From an uncultured delta proteobacterium (lineage in GTDB: Bacteria > Desulfobacterota > Binatia > UBA9968): 64,000 nucleotides of DNA. Below the pieces are notes generated by a model. The model had not been told where the DNA came from, ran no database searches, and was given only the letters and a program-made list of their open reading frames with translations. Shown piece by piece: positions 30,617 through 40,984 of this stretch; the stretch's first letter is position 1, and the number at the start of each line of letters is the position of its first letter. The DNA lies in NCBI GenBank assembly GCA_963847445.1, contig CAWJZV010000007.1:288001-352000 (forward strand), in the 5' to 3' direction. A program made the translations under genes and the position numbers.

Positions 30617-31600
30617 TTACTTGTTGCCGGTCGCCTTGAAGAAGCCTTGCTTGTCCAACTCCGCGACGAAGCGCATGTCCATAAAATCGTCCGGCTTGGA
30701 ATTCTTCGCCGCGGCGTCGCTGACCGCGACATCGGCGATGACATTTTCCATCGCCTTGCGCGTGACATAGGGCGGGTTTTCCAGATACTCGCGGAACTGA
30801 TTGTAGGCGTCGTCCAAAATGTCTTGCTCTTTTACCCGCAGATACTTCTGCATCATCCGCTGTGCTGCGGTTTTGTTGGTTTTAAAGATCTGCACACCTT
30901 CGGCGTAGGATCGAACAACCCGGCGCACGGTGTCTTCGTTGGCTTTGATGTAGCTCCGGCTGGTACCGATCGCTACCGAGACAAATTCCGGCCCCTCCTT
31001 GGCTAGGTTCATGAGTTCGTTAAGCCCAGCCTTGCGCGCCCGGCTATTGGTCGGCGGCGAAACCACGCCCGCGTCGACCTGGCCGGCGATCAGTGCGGTG
31101 AGAATGTTCGGCACTTCCACCAACGGCAGGATCTGATAGTCGTTCTGCTTCAAACCGGCTGTGTTCAATGCAAACAAAGCCGAAGTATGGGTCGAAGAAC
31201 CGATCCGAGTGATGCCAATCTTCTTGCCGCGTAGCTCGGTAATTCGCTTAATTTCCGGTTTGGCCATCAGCGAAAAGACCTGGCGATTGGTCGCGCCGGC
31301 GACGAAGGCGATATTGGCGCCTTTCAGGTTCGCTTGGACCTGGTTCGATCCATCCATATAGGAAAAGGCGATCTCGCCGGCGAGGATTGCTTGGATGCCG
31401 CGCGAACTCGAAGAGATATGCAGCAGTTCGACATCCAAACCGTTCTTTTTGAATATACCTTCCTGCTGCGCCATGAACATGCCGCTTTGGGCGCCGGTAA
31501 CCGCCGTCCAGTTGATCCGCACCGGTATTTGCGCCCCGGCCTGAGCCGATAAGATTAAACTCCACAGCATCACTGCAAGTCTCAAAAATAGTCGACGCAT
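30617..31600 (-). CDS. NMT1/SsuA-family substrate-binding protein
   Basis: AQQEGIFKKNGLDVEL, ELRGKKIGITRIGSS, DFMDMRFV; AGGAG RBS. Confidence 0.85.
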   Translation of the reverse strand: MRRLFLRLAVMLWSLILSAQAGAQIPVRINWTAVTGAQSGMFMAQQEGIFKKNGLDVELLHISSSSRGIQAILAGEIAFSYMDGSNQVQANLKGANIAFVAGATNRQVFSLMAKPEIKRITELRGKKIGITRIGSSTHTSALFALNTAGLKQNDYQILPLVEVPNILTALIAGQVDAGVVSPPTNSRARKAGLNELMNLAKEGPEFVSVAIGTSRSYIKANEDTVRRVVRSYAEGVQIFKTNKTAAQRMMQKYLRVKEQDILDDAYNQFREYLENPPYVTRKAMENVIADVAVSDAAAKNSKPDDFMDMRFVAELDKQGFFKATGNK

Positions 31601-31708
31601 CACTTCTCCTTGTCCTTCGAAGACCGCTAAAAGTGCCATCAATCTAGCAATTCGCCCTGTTAATTCAACTGTTTGGCATGACCGGTAAAGCGTGCTAGAT
31701 AACCGCCC

Positions 31709-32675
31709 ATGAGTAAAAAAGTTCATCTTACTTTGGCCGTCGGCGATTATGAAAGTATCCGTGCGCTTAAAGAAGGTACGGTCAAAGCCGATGGCATCGA
31801 GCTAACCGTCATCACCGATATGACCTCGAGCATTCGCCATTGGCGCATGCTGCGCAATCGTGAGTTCGATTGCGCCGAGTTATCCATGTCGAATTATTTG
31901 ATGGCCAAATACACCGATCTGCCGTTCGTCGCCATTCCGGTCTTCTTGCATCGCCGCTTTCGTCACGGCTTCGTGTTCGTGAATACGAGCAAAGGCATTA
32001 CCAAACCCACCGATTTGATTGGCCGCAAAGTCGGGCTACGCAATTTTCAAGCGACCGCGAACCTATGGATTCGCGGCATTCTTGAACATGAATATGACGT
32101 GCCCCATCGCAGCTTGAACTGGCTCAAACAAGACGATGAAGAGGTCGACTGGACGCCGCCGGCGGATTTGAAAATCGCCCGCATCCCCGCTGGTAAGAGC
32201 ATCGACCAGATGCTGGTCGACGGCGAGATCGACGCATTGATCCATCCAGAGTTGATTCAGCCGATCCTCGACAAAGACTCGCGAGTCACCCGTCTGTTTC
32301 CCAACTATCGCGACTTGGAAATGGACTATTTCAAACGCACCGGGATTTTCCCGATCATGCACACCACGGCCATCAAGCAAGAGGTCGTCGATAAGTATCC
32401 CTGGGTGCCGCTTAATCTGTATCAAGCCCTGGAGGCGTCGAAACAAAGCCGCCTACAAACGCATGGAAAATCCGCGCATCGTGCCGCTCGCCTGGTTTCG
32501 CTCGTTCTTGGAAGAACAGGAAGAACTGCTTGGGCCCGATCCTTGGATTTACGGTCTCGGCGATGTCAATCGCAAAGCGCTCGAAACGCTGATGCAGTAT
32601 TCCCAGGAACAGGGTTTAATCGGCCGCAAGTTGGGATTAGACGAACTGTTTATCAACACCGAGGCTCATTCCTAG
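31709..32675 (+). CDS. 4,5-dihydroxyphthalate decarboxylase-like protein, frameshift near 32445
   Basis: LTLAVGDY, EFDCAELSMSNY, IPVFLHRRFRH, TGIFPIMH, DPWIYG. Confidence 0.82.
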
Positions 32676-32929
32676 CCATTTAAACCGCGATTGTCGCGGG
32701 CGTAGGTCTGGGAAACCGAGGCAGCACCTGCACCGGCCTTTGCCGCGAAGGTTGCGCAGTCGAGCCGGCCCCGCGCCTTTGGCCATCGGCAAATCCGCGA
32801 CGCGCTTGAGACCTTCTAGCTCCTGCTCGTTCAAGATTGAACTTACGCCGCTATCGGCGTAAATTTTCGCCACTTGACGATTGCCGCCAGGATTGGTTCA
32901 GTAACGAATCCGGCGGAGGAGGAGGAAAC

Positions 32930-33292
32930 ATGTTTGGCAAAGGCGTTTTCCAAGCGGAAGAGAATCTCCTGCGCGAGATCGTCCGCAGTGTCGACAAGAA
33001 AATCGATTACTCCGCCCGCGAGGGCGAAGGAAGCAAATTCACGCTGCACCTCAAACTCAAGAACCATGAAGGCGACGTTGTCCTAGACCTCGAAGACTTG
33101 CAGACCGCCAAACAAGACCAGATTCGCCGCCACCAGATCCGTCAGAAAATAAAGGCGCGCTGCGATCACCTGGATCCCTCCCGCTATGGTGCTGACATCC
33201 TTGGCCTGCGATTGGCGCGAATATTGAAATCCTCGCCCAAGCTCGAACCGATGGCGCAGCGCGGCTTTAACCGCGGCGGACCACGACGCTAA
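32930..33292 (+). CDS. Hypothetical protein
   Basis: Strong GGAGGAGG RBS, 120-aa ORF with genome-typical codons. Confidence 0.65.
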   Translation: MFGKGVFQAEENLLREIVRSVDKKIDYSAREGEGSKFTLHLKLKNHEGDVVLDLEDLQTAKQDQIRRHQIRQKIKARCDHLDPSRYGADILGLRLARILKSSPKLEPMAQRGFNRGGPRR

Positions 33293-33350
33293 TTGGTTAT
33301 AACCTAGGTTACCTGGCTCTTTTCTCGAGCGGTAAAACAGTCGAGGCGAT

Positions 33351-34215
33351 ATGGCAAAAGCGGAAATGATACGTCGTGCGTTAGCCACCCATGGCCAGTT
33401 AATCATGCCAGGGGTTTACGACGCTCTCAGCGCGAAAATTGCCGCCCGAGCCGGTTTCGAAGTTACTTTTATTACCGGTTACAGTTTATCGGCGACATTA
33501 CTCGGCGAACCTGACTTTGGTTTATTGACTCAGACTGAAGTCGTCAGCGCCGCTCAACGGATATGTTCGGTCATCGATATTCCAGTGATCGTCGACGCTG
33601 ACACCGGTTACGGCAACGCAATCAATGTCATCCGCACCGTCCAGGATCTGATCCGCGCCGGCGCCGGCGGGATGTTTTTAGAAGACCAAGTCTGGCCCAA
33701 ACGCTGCGGCCACATGCGCGGCAAGCAAGTGATTCCATTAGAGGAACAGCTCAACAAGTTGCGTGCCGCGGTCGAAGCCAAAGGCCAGAATGACTTTTTC
33801 ATCGTCGCCCGCACCGACTCCCGCCAAGCCCTAGGCCTCAGACGAAGCGATCACGCGCGGGATCGCCTTTAAAAACGCCGGCGCCGACGCGGTATTCATC
33901 GAAGCACCGGAATCCAAAGAAGAAATGCGCGAGATCGCCAAACATGTCAAAGGCCATCTGGTGGCTAACATGTTGGAACGCGGCGTAACTCCGCTGATGG
34001 GGCCAGGGGAACTAAAGGAGCTTGGTTTTGACTTGGTTGTGTGGCCGTTGGCGCCACTCTATTCAGTGGCTAAATCGCTCACCGATGTCTATGCGACTTT
34101 ACGCAGGGAAGGATCCACGCTGTCGATTCTCGATCGACTCATGCCCTTTGACGAGTTCAACGGCATTGTCGGCTTGAATGAGAAATATTTGCTCGATGCG
34201 AAATTCAAAACTTAG
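33351..34215 (+). CDS. Isocitrate lyase/PEP mutase family lyase (methylisocitrate/dimethylmalate lyase-like), frameshift near 33838
   Basis: PGVYDALSA, IVDADTGYGN, EDQVWPKRCGH, IVARTD. Confidence 0.88.
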
Positions 34216-34253
34216 CATAAGGAATTGGCATTAACCGCAGTCGAGCTAACTAC

Positions 34254-35360
34254 CTAGAGCCGCATCGGCATTAGAACGTAAAGATAGCCCTCGACACCGG
34301 CTTTTCGGATAACGCTGGGGCTGAGCTCGTCTTTCAATTCAAATTCGATCTCTCCCTCACCGCCCAAAACCGCCAAAACATCTAATAAGTATCGGGCATT
34401 GAAACCGATGGCGATGGTTTTACCTTTATAGTCGGCCTCGACTTCTTCCACTGCTTCGCCAAGATCAGGGTTATTCGCCGAGATCGACAGTTTGCCGTTG
34501 GCGAACTCCATTTTAACACCCTTGTAGCGTTCGCTGGAAAGAATCGAAACCCGGCGCAAAGCGCGCAATAACTCTTCATGGTCGAGTTTGGCGATATTCG
34601 GGTTCCCTACAGGAATTACCTTAGTATAGTCGGGAAAATCACCATCTATTAGGCGCATAAAAAGCTCGACCTTATCCTTACTGACGAGCCCCATGTTCTC
34701 TTTGAAACCGAGTGAGACGGCGCCATCTTCGCCGCTTTCTAATAGCTTCTTTAGCTCAGACAATCCCTTTCTCGGTAAAATCACCCCTTTCGTCAGGCCA
34801 AGAGAGCCGACTAGCTTCTCTTCGAAAGCCAGACGATGACCGTCGGTCGCGACCATGCGTACTTTACCGCCTTCGCTCTGTTCAATGTAAACCCCATTTA
34901 GACTATAGCGGGTCTCGTCCGTCGATACCGAAAAGATTGTCCGCTCGATCATTTCGCGCACGGTTGACGCCGGCGTCGTCGACAATCCACTGCTATCGAA
35001 TTGGGGGAATTGAGGAAACTCTTTGGCATCCATGCCGAATATCTTAAAAACCGACTTTCCGCTGCGAATCTCGACCCAGTCGTTGTCCAAGCGTTTTAGT
35101 TGGACAAGATCGTTAGGCACTTCTCTGACTATTTCATAAAGCTTTTTGGCATTGACCGTTACGCTACCTTCTTTTACGACCTCGCCATCGACACCACCGC
35201 GGACACCCACTTCAAGATCCGTAGCAGTGATACGTATGCCGCTTTTTTGCGCTTCGATCATGACATTGGCGAGGATTGGCATGGTGTTACGCCGCTCGAC
35301 AATGCTTTGTGTCCAATAAAGCGTTGCGAGAAGATCTCCCCGCTTGGCTTTAATTTCCAT
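34254..35360 (-). CDS. dnaN: DNA polymerase III beta clamp
   Basis: TMPILAN, ATDLE, ATDGHRL, FPDY, IGFNARYL, YVLMPMRL. Confidence 0.97.
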   Translation of the reverse strand: MEIKAKRGDLLATLYWTQSIVERRNTMPILANVMIEAQKSGIRITATDLEVGVRGGVDGEVVKEGSVTVNAKKLYEIVREVPNDLVQLKRLDNDWVEIRSGKSVFKIFGMDAKEFPQFPQFDSSGLSTTPASTVREMIERTIFSVSTDETRYSLNGVYIEQSEGGKVRMVATDGHRLAFEEKLVGSLGLTKGVILPRKGLSELKKLLESGEDGAVSLGFKENMGLVSKDKVELFMRLIDGDFPDYTKVIPVGNPNIAKLDHEELLRALRRVSILSSERYKGVKMEFANGKLSISANNPDLGEAVEEVEADYKGKTIAIGFNARYLLDVLAVLGGEGEIEFELKDELSPSVIRKAGVEGYLYVLMPMRL

Positions 35361-35586
35361 ACTTCCTCCCGGTGACTTCTTCCTGTGCTTATATATATAT
35401 AAAAATAAGTAGTAATAGTAGGGGCTGTGGAAAATGTGGGTAAACGCGTTTAAGGAGATAATTCAGTAAGATAGCTTGTGGTTAACTTGTGGTGATTATA
35501 CCGCTCATGCACCGTTTAACAGGTTGCGTGGCGATCTCGCAGAGATATCGACAGAACGAATGGTAATGATAACAGGCTATCCACAA
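35361..35586. other. oriC: oriC unwinding region (AT cluster, DnaA-trios, DnaA boxes)
   Basis: TATATATATATAAAAAT, AAG TAG TAA TAG TAG, GGGC, TGTGGAAAA TGTGGGTAA; further boxes TGTGGTTAA and CTATCCACA. Confidence 0.88.
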
Positions 35587-36922
35587 CTACTTGTGGATAT
35601 TTAAATTGCGCTCGATCACCGCAATGGTCGCTAGCATGTTGGGATCTTCTTTGATGCGTCGCTCAATAGTTTTCGAAGCGTGGATAACCGTAGAATGGTC
35701 TCTGCCACCAAACTTGTCGCCGATACCAGGGAACGATGTTTGGGTGTGTTTGCGGCATAAATACATCGCAACCTGGCGTGGAAAGGCGAGATTTTGGGTG
35801 CGTCTTTTCGCTTTCAAGTCGCCAATTTTTAGATTGTAATGATCGCAAATGGTTCTTTGGATGCCTTCGACTGTGATTTCCCGTTCATAACTTTTTAAGT
35901 TATTGCGTAGAACATCCTTGGCAAAGTCGATCGTAATCGTAGCCTTGGTGAGCGAATAAAAAGCGCCCAAGCGGGTTAGTGACCCCTCTAACTCGCGCAC
36001 GTTGGAGCTGATGTTCGACGCCAGAAAGATCGCCACGTCAACTGGCAGGGGTACACCCTCGAATTCAGCCTTTTTTTGCAGAATTGCGACTCTTGTCTCC
36101 ATGTCCGGCGGCTGAATATCCGCGATCAGGCCCCATTCGAAGCGGTTTCTCAGGCGATCCTCGATGGCGGCAATGTCTTTCGGGAATTTGTCTGAGGTAA
36201 TGACAATCTGTTTATGGGACTCATAAAGAGAATTGAAAGTGTGGAAAAACTCTTCCTGGGTGCGTTCTTTGCCGGCGATGAACTGAATGTCGTCGATGAT
36301 TAGGATATCGACGTTTTCTAAATTTTTTCTTAAATTCGTCCATCTTATCGCGCCGCAGCGAGCTGATCAGCTCGTTCATGAACGATTCTGAGCTTAGATA
36401 AACGATTTTTAGATTCGACCTCTTGGCCGCCGCTTGATGACCGATGGCATTCACCAAATGGGTTTTGCCGAGACCGACACCGCCATAGATAAATAGCGGG
36501 TTGTAATGCTCACCAGGCTGGTTGGCGACCGCCATGCACGCCGCGTGAGCAAATTGGTTGCTCGTTCCTATAACGAAGTTATCAAAAGTATACTTCTGCA
36601 CCAGATGACTTTGGCGTGGTTGGCGTTCACGCTCTTTATCATCTTTGCGTTGGATCCTTTCCTGTGGCTTCGCTTCGTCGCCGTTTTGCTCAACTTCTAT
36701 GACCACCTTTAGGTCGTGTTTAGCAACGGCACTAACGACTGATTCGAGATCGCGAAGATAGTTTTGTCCGACCCAGTCGCGAAAAAATTTATTTGCCACC
36801 GCCACAACCAACTCGTTCTTATTCCTTGAGACAAACCGGATCGGTCTAATCCAGGTATCGTAGTTTTGCTTACCAATCCGCTCTTTTATTTCTTCTTGAG
36901 CTTCAGCCCACAAATAAGCCAT
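35587..36922 (-). CDS. dnaA: Chromosomal replication initiator DnaA, frameshift near 36318
   Basis: YTFDNFVIG, YNPLFIYGGVGLGKTHL, NVRELEG, GGRDHSTVIHA. Confidence 0.96.
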
Positions 36923-36980
36923 AGAAAGGACCACTGCAAGTAAGAATTTCTGCTAAAAACAAAAAATAGTTACAAACAAC

Positions 36981-37002
36981 GTTATCCACAGCTGTGGATA
37001 AC
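36981..37002. promoter_or_regulatory. Back-to-back perfect DnaA boxes upstream of dnaA
   Basis: GTTATCCACA GC TGTGGATAAC, perfect 22-bp palindrome. Confidence 0.88.
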
Positions 37003-37309
37003 TAATTACTTGCTGAAATTGATGTTGTTATAGAAATTGCTAAGAGAAAATTCGCCGGCAAATTTATTTTACCCGAACGATTTATCCCAATACTCGCCGA
37101 GAACCATTCACTCCGCCGCATGACGAGAGAAGTTTTTTTTCTCAAACGGGCAGCGAGTCGACGTGAAAATGAATTGTGTGTCATTGAGAAGGAAGTGTAA
37201 TATGCCTTTTCAAAATTCATTGCAAGAAAAAAAATAAAGAAAGTTTTTTTTTCAGCGATTCAACGAACTTGACAGAATCAAAGTGCGATGTTAGCAACAC
37301 TCACTCGCA

Positions 37310-38599
37310 ATGTTTTTACAATCGAAAAAATTATTTCGCCGTGCTTTGAAGAAAATTCCCGGTGGGGTGAACAGCCCGGTCCGCGCGTGGAAGTCGGTTG
37401 GCGGCTCGCCGCTATTTATTTCCCGCGGTCAAGGCAGTTATGTCTTCGACGCCGACAAGAAACGATATATCGACTATGTCGGCTCATGGGGACCGATGAT
37501 TCTCGGTCACGCCAACGCGAAGATAATCCGCGCAATCACTCGACGTGCTGCTAATGGGACAACTTTCGGCGCGCCGACACTAGGGGAAGTGGAGTTGGCG
37601 GAATTAGTTTCGCAGCGCATGCCATCGATCGACAAACTTCGCTTGGTCAGCTCCGGCACCGAAGCGACGATGAGCGCGATCCGCTTAGCGCGCGCGTTTA
37701 CCAATCGGACCAAACTCGTCAAGTTCGACGGCTGTTACCATGGCCATTCCGATGGCTTACTCGTAAAAGCTGGCTCCGGTGTTGCCACTCTTAGTCTGCC
37801 CGATAGTCCCGGCGTGCCGGCGAGCATCGCGCGTGAAACACTGACAGCCAAGTACAACGATTTAAAGTCTGTGCGAAATTTGTTTCATCGTTACGGCAAC
37901 GATATTGCCGCAGTGATCGTCGAACCAGTTTGCGGCAACATGGGGGTGATTCTTCCTCAAGCCGATTTTCTCGACGGCCTGCGCAAAATGACAACACAGT
38001 CGGGTGTTGTACTGATCTTTGATGAGGTCATCACCGGATTTCGTATCGCTCCAGGCGGCGCCCAGCAACGCTATAAGATAAAACCCGACTTAACATGTTT
38101 GGGGAAAATTCTCGGCGGTGGCTTGCCGTTGGCTGCTTTCGGCGGGCGCCGACGAATCATGGACCAGTTAGCGCCGCTCGGTCCGGTTTACCAGGCCGGA
38201 ACCTTGTCGGGCAATCCGTTGGCAGTTGCCGCCGGCACTGAAACATTGCACATGCTGGCGCGACGTGGCACCTACAAAAACCTCGAGGCCAAAGGCCAAA
38301 GGCTTGCGGACGGTTTAAATGAAGTCATCCGCAAGCACGGGATCAGGGCAACGATCAACCGTGTCGGTTCGATGTTGACTTTGTTCTTCGGTGTCGATTC
38401 CGTTACCACCGTGGACGATGCGCGCCGCTGTGACCGCAAACAATTCGCCGGTTTTTTTCATGGTATGCTCAAACGTGGCGTTTATTTGCCGCCCGCACCT
38501 TTTGAGGCTTGGTTCGTCTCCCTTGCTCACTCAAACGCTGATTTGGACAGGACAATTTCCGCTTTTGACGATTGGGCCGGGAGCGCCGATCGTGGTTGA
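37310..38599 (+). CDS. hemL: Glutamate-1-semialdehyde 2,1-aminomutase
   Basis: PGGVNSPVRA, DYVGSWGP, SGTEATM, GCYHGH, GKILGGGLP, YQAGTLSGNP. Confidence 0.96.
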   Translation: MFLQSKKLFRRALKKIPGGVNSPVRAWKSVGGSPLFISRGQGSYVFDADKKRYIDYVGSWGPMILGHANAKIIRAITRRAANGTTFGAPTLGEVELAELVSQRMPSIDKLRLVSSGTEATMSAIRLARAFTNRTKLVKFDGCYHGHSDGLLVKAGSGVATLSLPDSPGVPASIARETLTAKYNDLKSVRNLFHRYGNDIAAVIVEPVCGNMGVILPQADFLDGLRKMTTQSGVVLIFDEVITGFRIAPGGAQQRYKIKPDLTCLGKILGGGLPLAAFGGRRRIMDQLAPLGPVYQAGTLSGNPLAVAAGTETLHMLARRGTYKNLEAKGQRLADGLNEVIRKHGIRATINRVGSMLTLFFGVDSVTTVDDARRCDRKQFAGFFHGMLKRGVYLPPAPFEAWFVSLAHSNADLDRTISAFDDWAGSADRG

Positions 38600-38633
38600 T
38601 CCAGCATAATCTTCATGCTAAAAAACTAGCCCA

Positions 38634-38921
38634 GTGGAGAAAATTGGGGGCCGCCCCAATCGTCGGCACGATAGTCAAACTCCGCTCCTGCGCGGCGCAG
38701 GATTATACTTGGGAGTTGCTTTCGAACTACCAGGCACCATTATAGGTGGCCTGGCAGTCGGCTATTTTCTCGACGAATATCTTCGTACCTCGCCGTGGTT
38801 TCTCATTTCGCTTACGGCGTTAGCTTTTGTCGGGGCGTTCGTCCGGTTGATACGGTGGGTGAAGTTTTTTGCGCGCACTCGCAATGGAAGCAACGGCCCG
38901 CAAGACCATACTGAGGATTGA
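38634..38921 (+). CDS. atpZ: AtpZ/AtpI-family protein
   Basis: GGLAVGYFLDEYLRTSPWFLI; first gene of the atp cluster. Confidence 0.75.
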   Translation: MEKIGGRPNRRHDSQTPLLRGAGLYLGVAFELPGTIIGGLAVGYFLDEYLRTSPWFLISLTALAFVGAFVRLIRWVKFFARTRNGSNGPQDHTED

Positions 38922-39261
38922 ATGTTGGCATGCCGTTTTGTTGTTGGCATTGTTTCTGGTCGTGGGCCGGGGCACCGCCATCGATGGCATGGCGCTGATT
39001 GCCGGCGGCGTGTTCATGGGAGTCAATTTTCTCCTGCTTAGCTTCGGTGTTGCGGCGGTTCTGACGCCGCTCGCTAGCAAGGGTCAAGTAAAACTCGGCG
39101 TCGGCTTGTTAGTGCTGAAGGTCATGTTGTTTTTGGCGCTATTGACGACGGTGTTTTATCGCTTTCAATTGGACGCGATTTCCTTTGCGCTGGGCTTTTC
39201 GACTTTGATCGTGGCCATTGTTGTCGAAGCAGTTAGAAGATCGCTAGCGGTGGAGACCTAG
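38884..39261 (+). CDS. atpI: ATP synthase protein I
   Basis: 4-TM protein, GGVFMGVNFLLL, directly upstream of atpB. Confidence 0.75.
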   Translation: MEATARKTILRIECWHAVLLLALFLVVGRGTAIDGMALIAGGVFMGVNFLLLSFGVAAVLTPLASKGQVKLGVGLLVLKVMLFLALLTTVFYRFQLDAISFALGFSTLIVAIVVEAVRRSLAVET

Positions 39262-39267
39262 GGAAAT

Positions 39268-40059
39268 ATGGAACATCCGTATACTTGGTATAACGCGCTG
39301 CCAGAGGGCTTGCAGCATATGTTCGGCGATCATACGTTCTTCGCCGTTGTCGCCGGCCTGTTACTAATAGTGTTTGCCATCAAAGCTCGCGGCGCGTTGG
39401 CCAAGGCTAGCGACCCGGTTGTGCCTGCGGCGGAGCTTGGATCGAGAAATATTGCCGAGCTAATTGTCCAACTGATCGTCAGTCAGAGTGACGCTATCAT
39501 TGGTAAGGCCGGGCGCAAGTATGTGCCGTTTTATGGCACCTTTTTCTTTTTCATACTGTTAAGTAATCTGATGGGTTTATTGCCGGGGTTTGCGCCGCCG
39601 ACTGGTAATCTGAACACCACCATCGGCCTCGCCCTGGTATCCTTTATCGGCTACAACGTTATCGGTGTGCGCGAGCAGGGTGTCGCCTACTTCAAGCATT
39701 TTGTCGGTCCAATGACCGGTCTCCCCGGCAGCAGCATCGTTTCGAAGCTTGCGTTGCTGCCGGTGCTGCTGCTCTCCGTGGTGTTTTTCTTTATTCTTGA
39801 AGTGTTTTCCCATGGTTTTCGTCCGGTCTCCCTGTCGTTGCGTCTGTTCGGCAACATGATGGGCGACCATGAAGTCATCGGCGCGTTTATCAGTTTAACT
39901 AAACTGGTTGTGCCGGTAGCGTTCTATATAATGGGAACCTTGGTCTGCCTGATTCAGGCTTTCGTTTTTACGTTGTTGAGCATGATTTACGTCGCCTTGG
40001 CCGTCAGTCACGGACACGACGAAGAGCATGGTCAGGACGCCCAGCAAGCACATCATTAA
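39268..40059 (+). CDS. atpB: ATP synthase F0 subunit a
   Basis: NLMGLLPGF, PTGNLN, RPVSLSLRLFGNM, IQAFVFTLLS. Confidence 0.96.
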   Translation: MEHPYTWYNALPEGLQHMFGDHTFFAVVAGLLLIVFAIKARGALAKASDPVVPAAELGSRNIAELIVQLIVSQSDAIIGKAGRKYVPFYGTFFFFILLSNLMGLLPGFAPPTGNLNTTIGLALVSFIGYNVIGVREQGVAYFKHFVGPMTGLPGSSIVSKLALLPVLLLSVVFFFILEVFSHGFRPVSLSLRLFGNMMGDHEVIGAFISLTKLVVPVAFYIMGTLVCLIQAFVFTLLSMIYVALAVSHGHDEEHGQDAQQAHH

Positions 40060-40130
40060 GCGACGCGCCGTGCGGTGAGGAAGAGGACAGAGGGGTGGCA
40101 GGCCGAAAATCGCTAGAAAGGAGCATAAAG

Positions 40131-40448
40131 ATGAAAAAGCTGATTGCCTTTGTTGCAACCTTCATGATGGCCGTAATGGCCAGTGGTGTAGCGATGGCCG
40201 CGGATAGCGCAGCGGGCGACTCGAAATCGGTCGCCATTGCGCTCTCCGCCGGTGTCGCCGTCGCGATCGCTGCCTTCGGCGCCGCTTTGGGCCAAGGTCG
40301 CGTCGGCGCGGCCGCAATGGAAAGCATCGGGCGCAATCCCAATGCCGCTGATAAGCTGTTCTTGCCGCTGGTGCTGACGCTAGCGCTGCTTGAAGCTTTG
40401 GCGCTTTACGGTTTCGTCATCGCAATTCTCTTGCAAGGCAAGATCTAA
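40131..40448 (+). CDS. atpE: ATP synthase F0 subunit c
   Basis: GAALGQG, IGRNP, LALLEALALYG. Confidence 0.95.
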   Translation: MKKLIAFVATFMMAVMASGVAMAADSAAGDSKSVAIALSAGVAVAIAAFGAALGQGRVGAAAMESIGRNPNAADKLFLPLVLTLALLEALALYGFVIAILLQGKI

Positions 40449-40474
40449 CTGCGAGAACGATTCATTCGACCATT

Positions 40475-40507
40475 AAAGGGTGAGGAGATTTCTCCTCACC
40501 CTTTTTT
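40475..40507 (+). terminator. Intrinsic (likely bidirectional) terminator
   Basis: AAAGGGTGAGGAGA-TT-TCTCCTCACCCTTTTTT. Confidence 0.88.
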
Positions 40508-40525
40508 ATGTGCTAAAAAGAATCT

Positions 40526-40984
40526 TTAAGCGGGTAAATCGACTTTGTGAAGTTGCACTTGGGTGTAGCGCATGAGTTCCTCAAGCGTGTGAAGCTTATA
40601 AGGCTTGAGATAATAGATTTCTTTGATTCCGGTATTGACCAGGACCTTGAGACAATGGATGCAAGGCGTGTGGGTGATGTAGATCGCCGCATCCTTTATA
40701 TTCGAGCCATTCTTGGCGGCCTGGGCGATCGCGTTCATCTCGGCGTGGATGGTACGAAAGCAGTTCTGTTCGGTGTCGCCGTTAGGGGTTTTCGATTCGT
40801 AAATCAAGCAGCCCACGTCGGTGCAGTGGGGCATCCCGGCGGGCGCGCCGTTATATCCGGTGGCAAGAATATTCTTGTCGCGGGCGATCACGGCGCCGAC
40901 TTTGGCACGGGTGCAGGTCGACCGCTCGGCCACCTGCAAGGTGATGGTCATGAAATACTGATCCCAGCTCAAACGTTCACTCAT
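40526..40984 (-). CDS. dCMP deaminase / ComEB family
   Basis: WDQYFM, RSTC, TGYNG, IHAEMNA, PCIHC. Confidence 0.9.
   Translation of the reverse strand: MSERLSWDQYFMTITLQVAERSTCTRAKVGAVIARDKNILATGYNGAPAGMPHCTDVGCLIYESKTPNGDTEQNCFRTIHAEMNAIAQAAKNGSNIKDAAIYITHTPCIHCLKVLVNTGIKEIYYLKPYKLHTLEELMRYTQVQLHKVDLPA

Noticed and set aside
32637-32873. Short minus-strand ORF
   Set aside because: No recognisable family; cannot support it as a gene or pseudogene
36221-36330. Programmed frameshift or true pseudogene in dnaA
   Set aside because: Essential gene, shift next to homopolymer runs, same pattern as many other genes; sequencing error is more likely
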